40,000 nucleotides of DNA from Sphingomonas sp. FARSPH (GCF_003355005.1 NZ_CP029987.1:13377-53376), one strand, 5' to 3'; positions 17,788-26,242 are shown, counted from the first letter of the stretch. Notes: a model not told the origin generated them from the sequence alone. Made by a program: numbers and translations.

Positions 17788-18746
17788 TCGCCATGGTCAG
17801 GACCAAGAAAATCCTCGTGACCGGCGGGGCCGGCTTCCTGGGATCGCATCTGTGCGACATCCTGATCGGCCAGGGCCACGACGTGATCTGCGCCGACAAC
17901 CTGTATACGGGCTCGAAACGCAACATCGAGCATCTGCTCGACCATCCCTATTTCGAATTCGTCCGCCACGACGTGACGTTTCCGCTGTATCTGGAGGTGG
18001 ACGAGATCTACAATCTCGCCTGCCCCGCCTCGCCGGTGCAATATCGCGTCAATCCGGTGCAGACGACGAAGACCAACGTCCATGGCGCGATCAACATGCT
18101 CGGCCTCGCCAAGCGAACGGGCGCGAAGATCCTGCAGGCGTCGACCAGCGAGGTCTATGGCGACCCGGAGATCAATCCGCAGCGCGAGGACTATTGGGGC
18201 AACGTCAACCCGATCGGCCCGCGCTCCTGCTACGACGAGGGCAAGCGCTGTGCGGAAACCCTGTTCTTCGACTATCATCGCGAAGGCACGGTGCGGATCA
18301 AGGTCGCGCGGATCTTCAACACCTATGGCCCGCGCATGGCGCCCGACGACGGGCGCGTCGTGTCGAACTTCATCGTCCAGGCGCTGACCGGACGGCCGAT
18401 CACCATCTATGGCGACGGGCAGCAGACGCGTTCCTTCTGCTACGTCGACGACCTGCTCGACGGGCTGATCCGCCTGATGGCGACGCCCGACGACGTCACC
18501 GGCCCGATCAACATCGGCAACCCGGGCGAATTCACGATGATCGAGCTCGCCGAAAAGGTGATCGCGCTGACCAATTCCAAGTCGCCTTTGGTCCGCGAAC
18601 CGCTCCCCCAGGACGACCCGCGCCAGCGCCGCCCCGACATCACCCGTGCAGGAGCGGTGATGGACTGGCGCCCGACCGTCGCGCTGGAAGCCGGGCTGGT
18701 GAAGACGATCGCCTATTTCGACGCGCTGCTGAAGGCGGGGGAGTAG
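17784..18746 (+). CDS. uxs: UDP-glucuronate decarboxylase (UDP-xylose synthase)
   Basis: ATG at 17784 makes an ATGA overlap and is preceded by an [29 protein letters not shown]...[11 protein letters not shown]...[11 protein letters not shown]...[11 protein letters not shown]...[11 protein letters not shown]...DGRVVSNFI closely matches the UXS/ArnA-decarboxylase SDR family as I remember it. Confidence 0.9.
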   Translation: MIAMVRTKKILVTGGAGFLGSHLCDILIGQGHDVICADNLYTGSKRNIEHLLDHPYFEFVRHDVTFPLYLEVDEIYNLACPASPVQYRVNPVQTTKTNVHGAINMLGLAKRTGAKILQASTSEVYGDPEINPQREDYWGNVNPIGPRSCYDEGKRCAETLFFDYHREGTVRIKVARIFNTYGPRMAPDDGRVVSNFIVQALTGRPITIYGDGQQTRSFCYVDDLLDGLIRLMATPDDVTGPINIGNPGEFTMIELAEKVIALTNSKSPLVREPLPQDDPRQRRPDITRAGAVMDWRPTVALEAGLVKTIAYFDALLKAGE

Positions 18747-18855
18747 GGCGCAAACGCTTCTGTCGACACGCGTATTATCCTACACGTCGACATGCCTTGC
18801 TCTGGCGGATGACGCCGGACTTGCCGCAAAACGCTCGCCGCGGCATTCCTATGAC

Positions 18856-19032
18856 TCAGCGATTTGCGCGGACGAGATGCCGATGGCACGCGTGCCAATG
18901 ACGAATGATCCGATACGCGTCGTCAACCGACCGCTGCACCGCCGCCTTCGCCTCAACACGATTCTGCTCGCTATCGTTGGCATCGAAGCGATCGCGATGG
19001 GCCTCTTCCGACTTCTCGACAGCCGCTGACAC
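18856..19032 (-). CDS. Possible small ORF (58 aa) downstream of the MobC-like gene
   Basis: GTG at 19032 sits immediately after palindromic motif copy 1. The translation is VSAAVEKSEEAHRDRFDANDSEQNRVEAKAAVQRSVDDAYRIIRHWHACHRHLVRANR. There is GC3 bias but no clear RBS and no recognisable family. Confidence 0.2.
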   Translation of the reverse strand: MSAAVEKSEEAHRDRFDANDSEQNRVEAKAAVQRSVDDAYRIIRHWHACHRHLVRANR

Positions 19033-19033
19033 C

Positions 19034-19059
19034 GGGAAAGATTTTTGCACAGTGCAAAG
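19034..19059. repeat. Motif copy 1: GGGAAAGAT-N2-TTTGCAC-A-GTGCAAAG (perfect 7-bp-arm palindrome)
   Basis: Read directly from the sequence as gggaaagat tt tttgcac a gtgcaaag. It lies 2 nt beyond the MobC-like stop codon. A near-identical copy is at 19819-19846. Confidence 0.7.
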
Positions 19060-19060
19060 A

Positions 19061-19717
19061 TCAGGAGCCGTCCCTGAAGCGCGCGGGCCGTCGACGCGGC
19101 TGCCGCTTGCGCCTACGTTCGGCGGCACGCGCAGCGGCATCCACCCGTTCGACGGTATCGCCGTCGGCCTCCGGGACATCGTCATAAGGCGAACCCCAAT
19201 AGGCGAAATTGCCCGTCATGACCGCGACCACGCGCCGCATCTCCAGGCGGGCCAGCAACGCCGCCTCGCGAACCAAGCCGCCTTGATACGGCGGATACGC
19301 CCCCGTTTCCGTCGCCACGTTCATCGCCCGCGCGATCTGGTTCACGTTCCCGCCGATCCGGCGGAGCTCGCCAAATATGTCACGCAGCGCGTCGAGCTCG
19401 GCCGCATTCCATTGCGGCTTCCTCGCAAGATGGAAGAGAGCGAGCGAGCGCAGCCAGTTGGCTGGGCTGGTGCTCCTCGCCCGGGCCGCTTCCGCCAGGG
19501 CCCGTCGTTCCAATGGCTTGAAACGGACTCCGATCTGCTGTCCCATCCCGGCACCCGCCGGCGGTACCGGTGCCTGCCCGTCCAGGGCCGGTGCCATCAG
19601 TCGCCGCAGCGCCGCTGCCGACCCGCCCTCCGTCTGGCGGGCCCATGCCGCAAAGCGCTCGGCAAATTCGGCGTCGACATAGGTCGCGATCAACTTCTGC
19701 CCTAATTTGGCCGGCAT
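19061..19717 (-). CDS. MobC-family mobilisation (relaxosome accessory) protein with ribbon-helix-helix-like repeats
   Basis: ELDALRDIFGELRRIGGNVNQIARAMN matches the MobC signature (..L..iG.N.NQIAr..N). Two RHH-like segments precede it (KLIATYVDAEFAERFAAWA..., IGVRFKPLERRALAEAA...). Confidence 0.75.
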   Translation of the reverse strand: MPAKLGQKLIATYVDAEFAERFAAWARQTEGGSAAALRRLMAPALDGQAPVPPAGAGMGQQIGVRFKPLERRALAEAARARSTSPANWLRSLALFHLARKPQWNAAELDALRDIFGELRRIGGNVNQIARAMNVATETGAYPPYQGGLVREAALLARLEMRRVVAVMTGNFAYWGSPYDDVPEADGDTVERVDAAARAAERRRKRQPRRRPARFRDGS

Positions 19718-19818
19718 GACGGACCTCGCGTTTAAATCCTGCTACCGTCCGACATATCCTGCCCTCACCCCTTTTCGCTATCCTTCTCGGATCTGCTCAG
19801 CGCGCAGAGGGGGCATGA

Positions 19819-19846
19819 GGGGAAAGATGGGTTTGCACGGTGCAAA
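19819..19846. repeat. Motif copy 2: GGGAAAGAT-N3-TTTGCAC-G-GTGCAAAG
   Basis: Read directly from the sequence as gggaaagat ggg tttgcac g gtgcaaag. It lies about 100 nt upstream of the MobC-like start, in the gap between the integrase stop and the MobC-like gene. Confidence 0.7.
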
Positions 19847-19914
19847 GCACGACGCGGACCGTATCCGGGGGGAACCGGGGTTGTGGGTTTCGAAGAGCAC
19901 CCATCGGCCGCCGC

Positions 19915-20967
19915 TTACAGGAAACGCTGCCCCGCATGGTCCTTGAACAACTCGGCGTTACGGACATAATCGGACAGGACCTGCACCGATTTGTGGCGGC
20001 TGACCTCCTGCAGCTTGAAGATCGTCGCGCCCTGCGCCGCGCCTTCGGTGATGAAGCCCGCGCGCAGTGAGTGGCCGCCGAACTGCGCAGGGTCATACCC
20101 CGCCGCGCCCGCGCAGGCCTGCACCAGCCGCGCGATCGCGCGGTCCGACATCGCCGCATCGGTCAGCACGTCCTTACGCGTCAACCGGCGGAATAGCGCA
20201 CCCTCGCCATGGCCAGCCGCCGCCATCCAGGCGAGCAGCAGCGCCTTGGGGCGGATCCGCGTGCCTTCGGGGATCGCGATCACCGCACCCTCACCCGCCC
20301 GATCGGTCTTTGAGCGCGCAATCGTCAGCCGCAGGCCCTCGGGCACCAGCGCGACGTCCTCGACGCGCAAGGCGACGATCTCCGACCGGCGCAGCGCGGC
20401 GGCCATGCCGATCGCCAGAATCGCCCGGTCGCGCGCCGCACGCAGGCCGTCGCCCTCGATCGTCGCCAGCATGTTGCGCAGCGCCGCAGCATCCGCCGGC
20501 GCCTTGCGCCGCTTCGCGCCGCCATGTTCGGCGCGGATTCCGGCGAGCACCTCCGCCAGTCGCCCCGCGGTCGGCAACGCCGTCGGCGCGGGATGACCCG
20601 CCGCGCGATGATGATGCCCGATCGCCGCCACCCGCCGGTTGATCGTCGCCGGATTACGTCCGGACGCCGCCTGGTCGCTCGCGAACACCGCGACGACATC
20701 GGGCGACGCGGGCAACGGACTCAGGCCGTTCTCCGCGCACCACGCGACGAAGATCGCCCAGTCCGACGCATATGCCCGCCGTGTCGCCACGGACCGCGCG
20801 GATCGGGCATAAGCGGCGGCCTGTTCGATCTTCTCGTTGAGGATCGCAGGCAGCGCGGGCTGGTCAAGGGTAACTAGGCGTTGTGGAGGAGCATCTCGAT
20901 CACGGTCTTGCGCATGTAAATGAAGTGTCATCGGACCTGTCTGCCACGCAGATTTGCCGTTGAACAT
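19915..20967 (-). CDS. Tyrosine site-specific recombinase/integrase
   Basis: The N-terminal SAM-like domain reads RRAYASDWAIFVAWCAENGLSPLPA. The catalytic domain reads AMAAALRRSEIVALRVEDV...GGHSLRAGFITEGA...SRHKSVQVLSDYVR, giving the R, H-x-x-R and Y residues. The start is ambiguous between ATG 20967 and ATG 20931. Confidence 0.85.
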   Translation of the reverse strand: MFNGKSAWQTGPMTLHLHAQDRDRDAPPQRLVTLDQPALPAILNEKIEQAAAYARSARSVATRRAYASDWAIFVAWCAENGLSPLPASPDVVAVFASDQAASGRNPATINRRVAAIGHHHRAAGHPAPTALPTAGRLAEVLAGIRAEHGGAKRRKAPADAAALRNMLATIEGDGLRAARDRAILAIGMAAALRRSEIVALRVEDVALVPEGLRLTIARSKTDRAGEGAVIAIPEGTRIRPKALLLAWMAAAGHGEGALFRRLTRKDVLTDAAMSDRAIARLVQACAGAAGYDPAQFGGHSLRAGFITEGAAQGATIFKLQEVSRHKSVQVLSDYVRNAELFKDHAGQRFL

Positions 20968-21003
20968 CCATATGTCCGCGAATCATGGTTATCGGACATA
21001 TGG
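20968..21003. repeat. Perfect 11-bp inverted repeat with a 14-nt spacer abutting the integrase 5' end
   Basis: ccatatgtccg (20968-20978) is followed by a 14-nt spacer and then cggacatatgg (20993-21003), read directly from the sequence. Confidence 0.6.
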
Positions 21004-21030
21004 CGGGTCGACATTGACGTTGCTCGCTCA

Positions 21031-21230
21031 AACAGCCGGCCAGCCAACTAACAACGCTTTCCTGGAGTCGTTCAATGGCCACCTGCGCTACGAACGCTTA
21101 ACAGCCACTGGCTCCTGTCACTGGCGAACGCACGGGCAAAGATCGAGGCCTGGCGACAGGACTATAACGAGAGCCGCCCTCACACGCCCCTTGGTTGGCT
21201 GATGCCAGCCGAACTCGCATATTGCCCTGA
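21031..21230 (+). pseudogene. IS3-family transposase (OrfB) C-terminal remnant, frameshifted
   Basis: My translation is QPTNNAFLESFNGHLRYE, then after a 1-nt loss near 21104, LNSHWLLSLANARAKIEAWRQDYNESRPHTPLGWLMPAELA. This is the conserved IS3 integrase-core C-terminus. No N-terminal part is present. The fragment sits exactly at the high-GC/low-GC boundary. Confidence 0.75.
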
Positions 21231-21327
21231 GGAGCACCGAGGTGACCGACATCGATCACACCATACGCAAAGACACAGCCTCGCTTTTACAAATAAGTTA
21301 CCACAGTCCGATCTAGTCACCAGTCGT

Positions 21328-22572
21328 TCAGGGGCTTAATGTGACGCGTCTTATGACTCTATTTTGCTTTTCCGGCATGAAATTCTTGAGATTTCCTGTC
21401 AAAAACTCTGCCGCTTCAGTCAGCTGCGCGCCCTTCCCACCAACGATAGCAACATCAGCCATCGTCAGATTTTTAACTGCCCCAAACAACTCAACTTTAC
21501 CGTTATTCAACACAACATTAGTGAATTTTGCATATGAATCCCTCCCCCCCATTTCCGTAATAATATTTCCGGACCTGATATTAACATGCTTTACCGCAAA
21601 GTTTGCGCTGGGCACGACATATTGAGCCGCGATCACTCCTGCCATAAGCAAAATATCACCGTCAGAGTTAACATTTTCAATCGTAAAATTATCGCAACCG
21701 TAGCAGCAGATGACACCCGACGGCATATTGCTTTTTGAACTAAACTCTTGGGAGATTTTATCTCCCATTATATCTGATATTATGAAATCTGCCCCCGCCT
21801 CGATATGTATTAATTGTCGTACGCGACGCCCCGTGATCCGACGGATAACAAACTGCTTTACGTAATTCAATCTATCCCATTTTGGATCAAACGTAAGACC
21901 CGCCAATCCTAACCCAATACCCCAATTTCCTCTTCCTTGAGGGTCGTTAATCGTATCGATATCAATATCTTCAAATACCATCTTGGTATCGTTAGGGCAA
22001 ATATTCCACTCTATCGCATCTCCTTTTAAATTATGAAACTTCGCTCTGCGTATCGTAGCTCCTTTCATTCTTGAAAACTCACCCTGCCTAAGGATACCAA
22101 AGTTCGCATTTTCGACAAAAATATCCTCTATTAGGATTGAATCAAAAACGCCTTGTCCTTCAATGAATATAGCAGCTTGATGAAAATCTCCGCGATACTT
22201 CATACCTTGAACTATGATATGTCCTCGAAGTAAATGCAAACAAACATTCTGATTTGATGACCCATAAAACCGAATAGCGCAATCACCGTCACACAGTAGC
22301 TCACCCCTGGGGGTGCCGTCTATGTCCCGCATAAAGACAATGTCGAGGCCAGCCGGAATATTTATGGGACGCGTTATTGATAAAGGATAAGGATCAAACG
22401 GGACGATCAGCTGATGATTAGCTCCAACATTCTGATGCACCCACTTTTCAAAGGCATCATCGTCATCAAGGCGATTCTGCGGAAAAATGCTCCGCCTCGT
22501 AACTATAGAGGGCAGGCTCAGGGCGATAGCCCCGGCGGTGAGCATCCTGCGTGATACCTGCGGAACTGTCAT
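21328..22572 (-). CDS. wcaM: WcaM-like right-handed beta-helix protein with a Tat-type signal (colanic-acid-cluster protein of unknown function)
   Basis: The N-terminus is SRRMLTAGAIALSLPS. The blocks ANFGILRQG...RRAKFHNLKGDAIEWNI...NWGIGLGLAGLTFD...VRQLIHIEAGADFII...CCYGCDNFTIENV match the E. coli WcaM sequence as I remember it (ANYAILRQG...DLQGDAIEWNV...NWGIGIGLAGSTYD...CRQLIHVENGKHFVI...IYGCDNFVIDNI). An AGGAG RBS is present. Confidence 0.8.
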   Translation of the reverse strand: MTVPQVSRRMLTAGAIALSLPSIVTRRSIFPQNRLDDDDAFEKWVHQNVGANHQLIVPFDPYPLSITRPINIPAGLDIVFMRDIDGTPRGELLCDGDCAIRFYGSSNQNVCLHLLRGHIIVQGMKYRGDFHQAAIFIEGQGVFDSILIEDIFVENANFGILRQGEFSRMKGATIRRAKFHNLKGDAIEWNICPNDTKMVFEDIDIDTINDPQGRGNWGIGLGLAGLTFDPKWDRLNYVKQFVIRRITGRRVRQLIHIEAGADFIISDIMGDKISQEFSSKSNMPSGVICCYGCDNFTIENVNSDGDILLMAGVIAAQYVVPSANFAVKHVNIRSGNIITEMGGRDSYAKFTNVVLNNGKVELFGAVKNLTMADVAIVGGKGAQLTEAAEFLTGNLKNFMPEKQNRVIRRVTLSP

Positions 22573-22748
22573 CCTTTGCTCCTATGGCGCCGACGACCAA
22601 CTCGTACTAAGCCTTACCAAGATCGGTATGCGCCAGTACGGCATGGCATTGTCGATCCAAGCCTTAACGCAGTGAACCAGATATGACATCAATGTCGCCA
22701 GGCAGCTCCCCGCTACGGCCGAAGCATCGGCATTCCGCAAGCTTTTCC

Positions 22749-23258
22749 ATGTCAAACAAGATTTTACGCACCGTCTGGCGATTGACGTGGCTTGCCTTGG
22801 CGCGTCCAACACCCGCTCCCTTGCACGGGTGGCGTCGAATCGTGCTACGAGCGTTCGGGGCAAAGATAGGGCGCAATGTCCGTATATATCCGAGCTCTCG
22901 GATATGGCTGCCAGCCAACCTCTGCGTTGGAGATGATTCAATCATCGGTCCCGGCGTTGAGTGTTATAATCAGGGCTACATCACGATCGGTAAGCGTGTA
23001 GTCGTCTCACAACGCGCAACACTCTGCGCCAGCACGCATGATATCGACGACTCTCTATTTCCCCTGATATTACGACCAATTATGATCGGCGATGATGCAT
23101 GGGTAGCGGCAGAAGCTTTTGTTGGCCCCGGGGTTACAATCGGCGAAGGTAGTGTGCTTGGAGCTCGCGCTGTAGCGATGACGTCACTACCATCATGGCA
23201 ATTGTTTTCAGGAAACCCTGCAGTTTTTCTTCGAAATAGAAAGACATCATTCGAATAA
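22749..23258 (+). CDS. wcaF: Hexapeptide-repeat O-acetyltransferase, WcaF-like
   Basis: I chose ATG at 22749; the track ORF begins at 22683. WRRIVLRAFGAKIGRNVRIYPSSRIWLPANLCVGDDSIIG...TLCASTHD...IMIGDDAWVAAEAFVGPGVTIGEGSVLGARAV...GNPAVF parallels WcaF (RLFGAKIGKNVVIRPS...YLCTGSHD...GNPAV). Confidence 0.85.
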   Translation: MSNKILRTVWRLTWLALARPTPAPLHGWRRIVLRAFGAKIGRNVRIYPSSRIWLPANLCVGDDSIIGPGVECYNQGYITIGKRVVVSQRATLCASTHDIDDSLFPLILRPIMIGDDAWVAAEAFVGPGVTIGEGSVLGARAVAMTSLPSWQLFSGNPAVFLRNRKTSFE

Positions 23259-23302
23259 TCTTCGAAATATTATTCGCACATTAGCGCAATTGAGGCAACA
23301 TT

Positions 23303-23695
23303 ATGTTCACATCAATCATGCTTCTGCTCTCGCAAGCAGGACCGGTCGGTTGCTATGGATCAGTATCTGTACAAAAATGCACTGGCCCTGACGGCTCTAC
23401 TGTTATCGAACGAAAGCTTGCCACCCGAACAATAAGAAAAGGAACTGACTCGGATGGTGGAACTTGGCAAGAAACGGTACTGCCTACCCCGACCGGATCA
23501 CGAACCATCGGCCAGGACAGTCGAGGGCGGCGTTGGTACGAGACCCGAACAGCAAACGGGGCCAGTATCGGGATAGACCGGTTTGGGAGGCAATATTCCA
23601 AACCGGCCTTGCCGCGAAATTCTCAACAGCAAATCGAGGACCTTCAGGCAAAAATCAAGCCTATGCCTGAAATTTCTGGCAAGACGACACGATAA
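23303..23695 (+). CDS. Small hypothetical secreted protein with an internal repeat
   Basis: 130 aa, with a GAGG RBS 8 nt upstream. The hydrophobic N-terminus is MFTSIMLLLSQAGPVGC. It contains the repeat RTIRKGTDSDGGTWQET / RTIGQDSRGRRWYET. I recognise no family. Confidence 0.5.
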   Translation: MFTSIMLLLSQAGPVGCYGSVSVQKCTGPDGSTVIERKLATRTIRKGTDSDGGTWQETVLPTPTGSRTIGQDSRGRRWYETRTANGASIGIDRFGRQYSKPALPRNSQQQIEDLQAKIKPMPEISGKTTR

Positions 23696-23764
23696 AGCAG
23701 GGCATAAAGCAAAGATACCGAGTCATTTTGCCGTGCGAACCATTCAGAATGTATAACCCTTGCC

Positions 23765-23795
23765 GCAACAGGCCGTGTGTCATACGGCCTGTTGC
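23765..23795. terminator. Bidirectional hairpin between convergent genes
   Basis: gcaacaggccgt-gtgtcat-acggcctgttgc is a perfect 12-bp stem with a 7-nt loop. It sits between the + strand ORF ending at 23695 and the - strand wzx ending at 23804. It has no strong U-tract. Confidence 0.5.
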
Positions 23796-23803
23796 TCTAG
23801 GGT

Positions 23804-25057
23804 TCACGATGAGTACGCCTCGCGTAGCAGGATTATCGTTAAAAGGCCGTACATAATGAGGTGAGTCATCACAAAACCCCACGTTGCGAACATATAGTTG
23901 CCGCCACCCCACCAACAGAGCAATGCTATTGCTGACGTTAACACTAATCGTGCAAGGTCCCAGATGAAAAATTTGTGCGCCTTGTCCCAGACGAGGAGAA
24001 GATGCCCGAACGAACCTACGGCAAACTGCGCGAAGCATAGGATGATTACGGGTACCGCCACATCCAAAGATTCTCGCCACTGCATTGGAATCCACTGGGA
24101 TGGTATCACGATCGCCACCAATAAGAGCGGCATGTAAACTACAATACCAAGCACCATCATTCCGAGTAGGAATTTACGCATTCCATGCCCCCGCAAATAC
24201 TTTACATTCGCTGCGAGTAGATGCCCGGCAGCCATACCAAGAATCGCAGAGGGAAAGGCGAAAATACGGTAGGCCAAAAAGAGTTGCCCGGATGTTGCGA
24301 TCCCATAGCACTTAGCAACAATCATTATAAACATATTGAGTAGTGACGCCGTGCCGACAACACTCTGCGCGACAGCAAAACCAATATACCGTTGACGTCT
24401 TCGCAAAAGGGGCAATATACCGCCCGCAACCGAACCTCTCGCGCGCCGGACCGGGCTAAAGCCATAAAGAACAGCCGCAGCAGCGGAGCCGGCTACGTTG
24501 GCAAGCAAGAACGTCTCATCACCGATGCTGCCGGTCCACCGAGCAATTGCAGATACCGCGACAATCGTCAGCGGCGTCACGATCTTTGGAATACCGGAGC
24601 GAAGATAGAGACGTTCGGCAACGAGGTATGCAGTGCCGATATTGCTCGCAGCAAGGGTTAACGTGAGCACGCATACTTGCGCCGTGTAGAATAGGGTTGT
24701 GGTATCCCACGCTCCCCGCATTAATCCAACAGCCGAAAAGAACGGAACGGTGAGCAAAAAGGAAAGAAGCGCGGAGATCGCGAGCCCCATCCGCGCCACC
24801 TCGGGTCGCTGGCCCTCATTTTCGGGCTGGTACAAGATCATATCGATCCTGAGTGTGACAAGACCTGAGAGGATACTGGCTGCAGCCAGCGCATTGGCCG
24901 CTTCACCGAACTGCGCTGGAGTGAACCAGCCGACGAGTAGTGGTGTACTGATGAACGATAACGCAGCACCGACGACACTTGGCCCAGTTAGGGTTCCGAT
25001 GGCGATTGCGAATTGCCGCATTGGGGATTGCCTGAAGACCCTCTGAAACGCGGTCAT
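23804..25057 (-). CDS. wzx: Second polysaccharide flippase (Wzx/MOP family)
   Basis: 417 aa and polytopic, with about 12 hydrophobic segments. The Wzx-like N-terminus reads IGTLTGPSVVGAALSFISTPLLVGWFTPAQFGEAA. An AGAGG RBS is present. GC is low. Confidence 0.75.
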   Translation of the reverse strand: MTAFQRVFRQSPMRQFAIAIGTLTGPSVVGAALSFISTPLLVGWFTPAQFGEAANALAAASILSGLVTLRIDMILYQPENEGQRPEVARMGLAISALLSFLLTVPFFSAVGLMRGAWDTTTLFYTAQVCVLTLTLAASNIGTAYLVAERLYLRSGIPKIVTPLTIVAVSAIARWTGSIGDETFLLANVAGSAAAAVLYGFSPVRRARGSVAGGILPLLRRRQRYIGFAVAQSVVGTASLLNMFIMIVAKCYGIATSGQLFLAYRIFAFPSAILGMAAGHLLAANVKYLRGHGMRKFLLGMMVLGIVVYMPLLLVAIVIPSQWIPMQWRESLDVAVPVIILCFAQFAVGSFGHLLLVWDKAHKFFIWDLARLVLTSAIALLCWWGGGNYMFATWGFVMTHLIMYGLLTIILLREAYSS

Positions 25058-25309
25058 GCATTGCCTCTAATTGGATACTAACACGATGGCGCTGCACCGA
25101 TACGTGCTGATCGAAAAACGACCGGCACCGCCCCCAGTCGCCTCCGTACGCTCTGAAGAAGGGGGGGAGACGCATATCATGAGGCAGTGTCGGCAGATGC
25201 GGCGCCCTCATAGGCATTACAAGTCGCTGGCGCCACCTCAAAACCACTTGCAGATTGGAATGGCCTTCCCTAGTCGGAGCAATCACTCCCACGGTTGCTT
25301 GTGAGACTT

Positions 25310-26221
25310 ATGCCTTCATTTCTCTACGGCAGATGCCGACGGGCATTGTCGAAGGGACCGCTCCTGCGGCTGCAGCACCGGTTATTTTTGAATCGCCTGA
25401 AAGCAGCGTCACTTGCGAAAGGTACCTGCGAGAAGGATGATCTGCCCGTCGATATCGTTATACCGGCGATCGATCGCGACCTGCCGACGCTTCCGCTGGT
25501 CATCGACGGCGTAAGGCGCAATATCGCGCACGACGTACGTACGATCTACATCGTCGCGCCACGGACTCCTGTGATGCAGTCATTTTGCAGCCAAGTGGGC
25601 TGCACCTTCATCGATGAGGCAACTGTGTTGCCGATCAGCAAATCCGACATACATCTTACACCACAAGGAATCGATCGGTCGGGTTGGATTTTCCAACAAT
25701 TTTTAAAGCTTTCGGCTGATCGAATCAGTTCAAGCCATTTTATTATCATTGTCGATGCTGATACGGTCTTACTTCATCCGCAGCTTTTCATTGTGGACGG
25801 CATGCCGGTTTTCCGGATATCTGATGAGCTTTATATGCCATACTTTCGACAAATGCGGCGCTTATTGAAACGGCGCATCAGGGCATATTTTTCGTTTGTA
25901 GCCCATCATATGGTGTTTGATCGAACACATCTTGCCGAATTACGTGCCGAGATCGAACGTGTAGCAGGATATGGCCCGTGGCATCGCGTGATCCTTGATC
26001 GCCTCGATCCGAAGGAAAGTTCAGGATTCTCGGAATATGAGACCTACGGCCGCACCTTTCTCGCGACCGGTAGGCCGGCGAAGCTAGAATATTGGCACAA
26101 TATCGGCCTTGAGCGCAAGGATATGCTTTCGATCGAAGAACTCGAAAATCTCTACGGTGAAACGTACAGAAGCGCTTCATTTCATTTCTACCTCAGCAAA
26201 ACCGATAAAAGCGTCGGATAA
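25310..26221 (+). CDS. Uncharacterised GT-A-like nucleotide-diphospho-sugar transferase (possibly DUF6492-type)
   Basis: VDIVIPAIDRDLPTLPLVIDGVRRNI looks like a beta1-alpha1 segment. GWIFQQFLKL and HFIIIVDADTVLL give a DxD-like motif. Alternative starts are TTG 25295 and GTG 25301. The family assignment is from memory and uncertain. Confidence 0.55.
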   Translation: MPSFLYGRCRRALSKGPLLRLQHRLFLNRLKAASLAKGTCEKDDLPVDIVIPAIDRDLPTLPLVIDGVRRNIAHDVRTIYIVAPRTPVMQSFCSQVGCTFIDEATVLPISKSDIHLTPQGIDRSGWIFQQFLKLSADRISSSHFIIIVDADTVLLHPQLFIVDGMPVFRISDELYMPYFRQMRRLLKRRIRAYFSFVAHHMVFDRTHLAELRAEIERVAGYGPWHRVILDRLDPKESSGFSEYETYGRTFLATGRPAKLEYWHNIGLERKDMLSIEELENLYGETYRSASFHFYLSKTDKSVG

Positions 26222-26242
26222 TCGTCATTTCAGGAGACGCAT

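Noticed and set aside
14384-18746. N-terminal extensions of the 811-aa, 615-aa and 499-aa plus-strand track ORFs
   Set aside because: The extensions overlap the preceding gene in another frame and are Arg-rich. Internal ATGs at 15665, 16816 and 17784 give ATGA overlaps and canonical N-termini.
18905-19705. 266-aa plus-strand ORF antisense to the MobC-like gene
   Set aside because: It has no motifs and is Arg/Pro/Ser-rich. The minus strand carries the diagnostic MobC NQIAR signature.
18747-21030. A tRNA gene or obvious att direct repeat next to the integrase
   Set aside because: I found no cloverleaf-compatible sequence (no acceptor/T-arm pairing, no GTTCGAATC-like T-loop) by eye on either strand. 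The only repeats are the motifs reported as findings.
22582-22945. Minus-strand ORFs (119 aa and 93 aa) overlapping the 5' end of the wcaF-like gene
   Set aside because: They have no RBS or family features, and they overlap a well-supported acetyltransferase and its promoter region.
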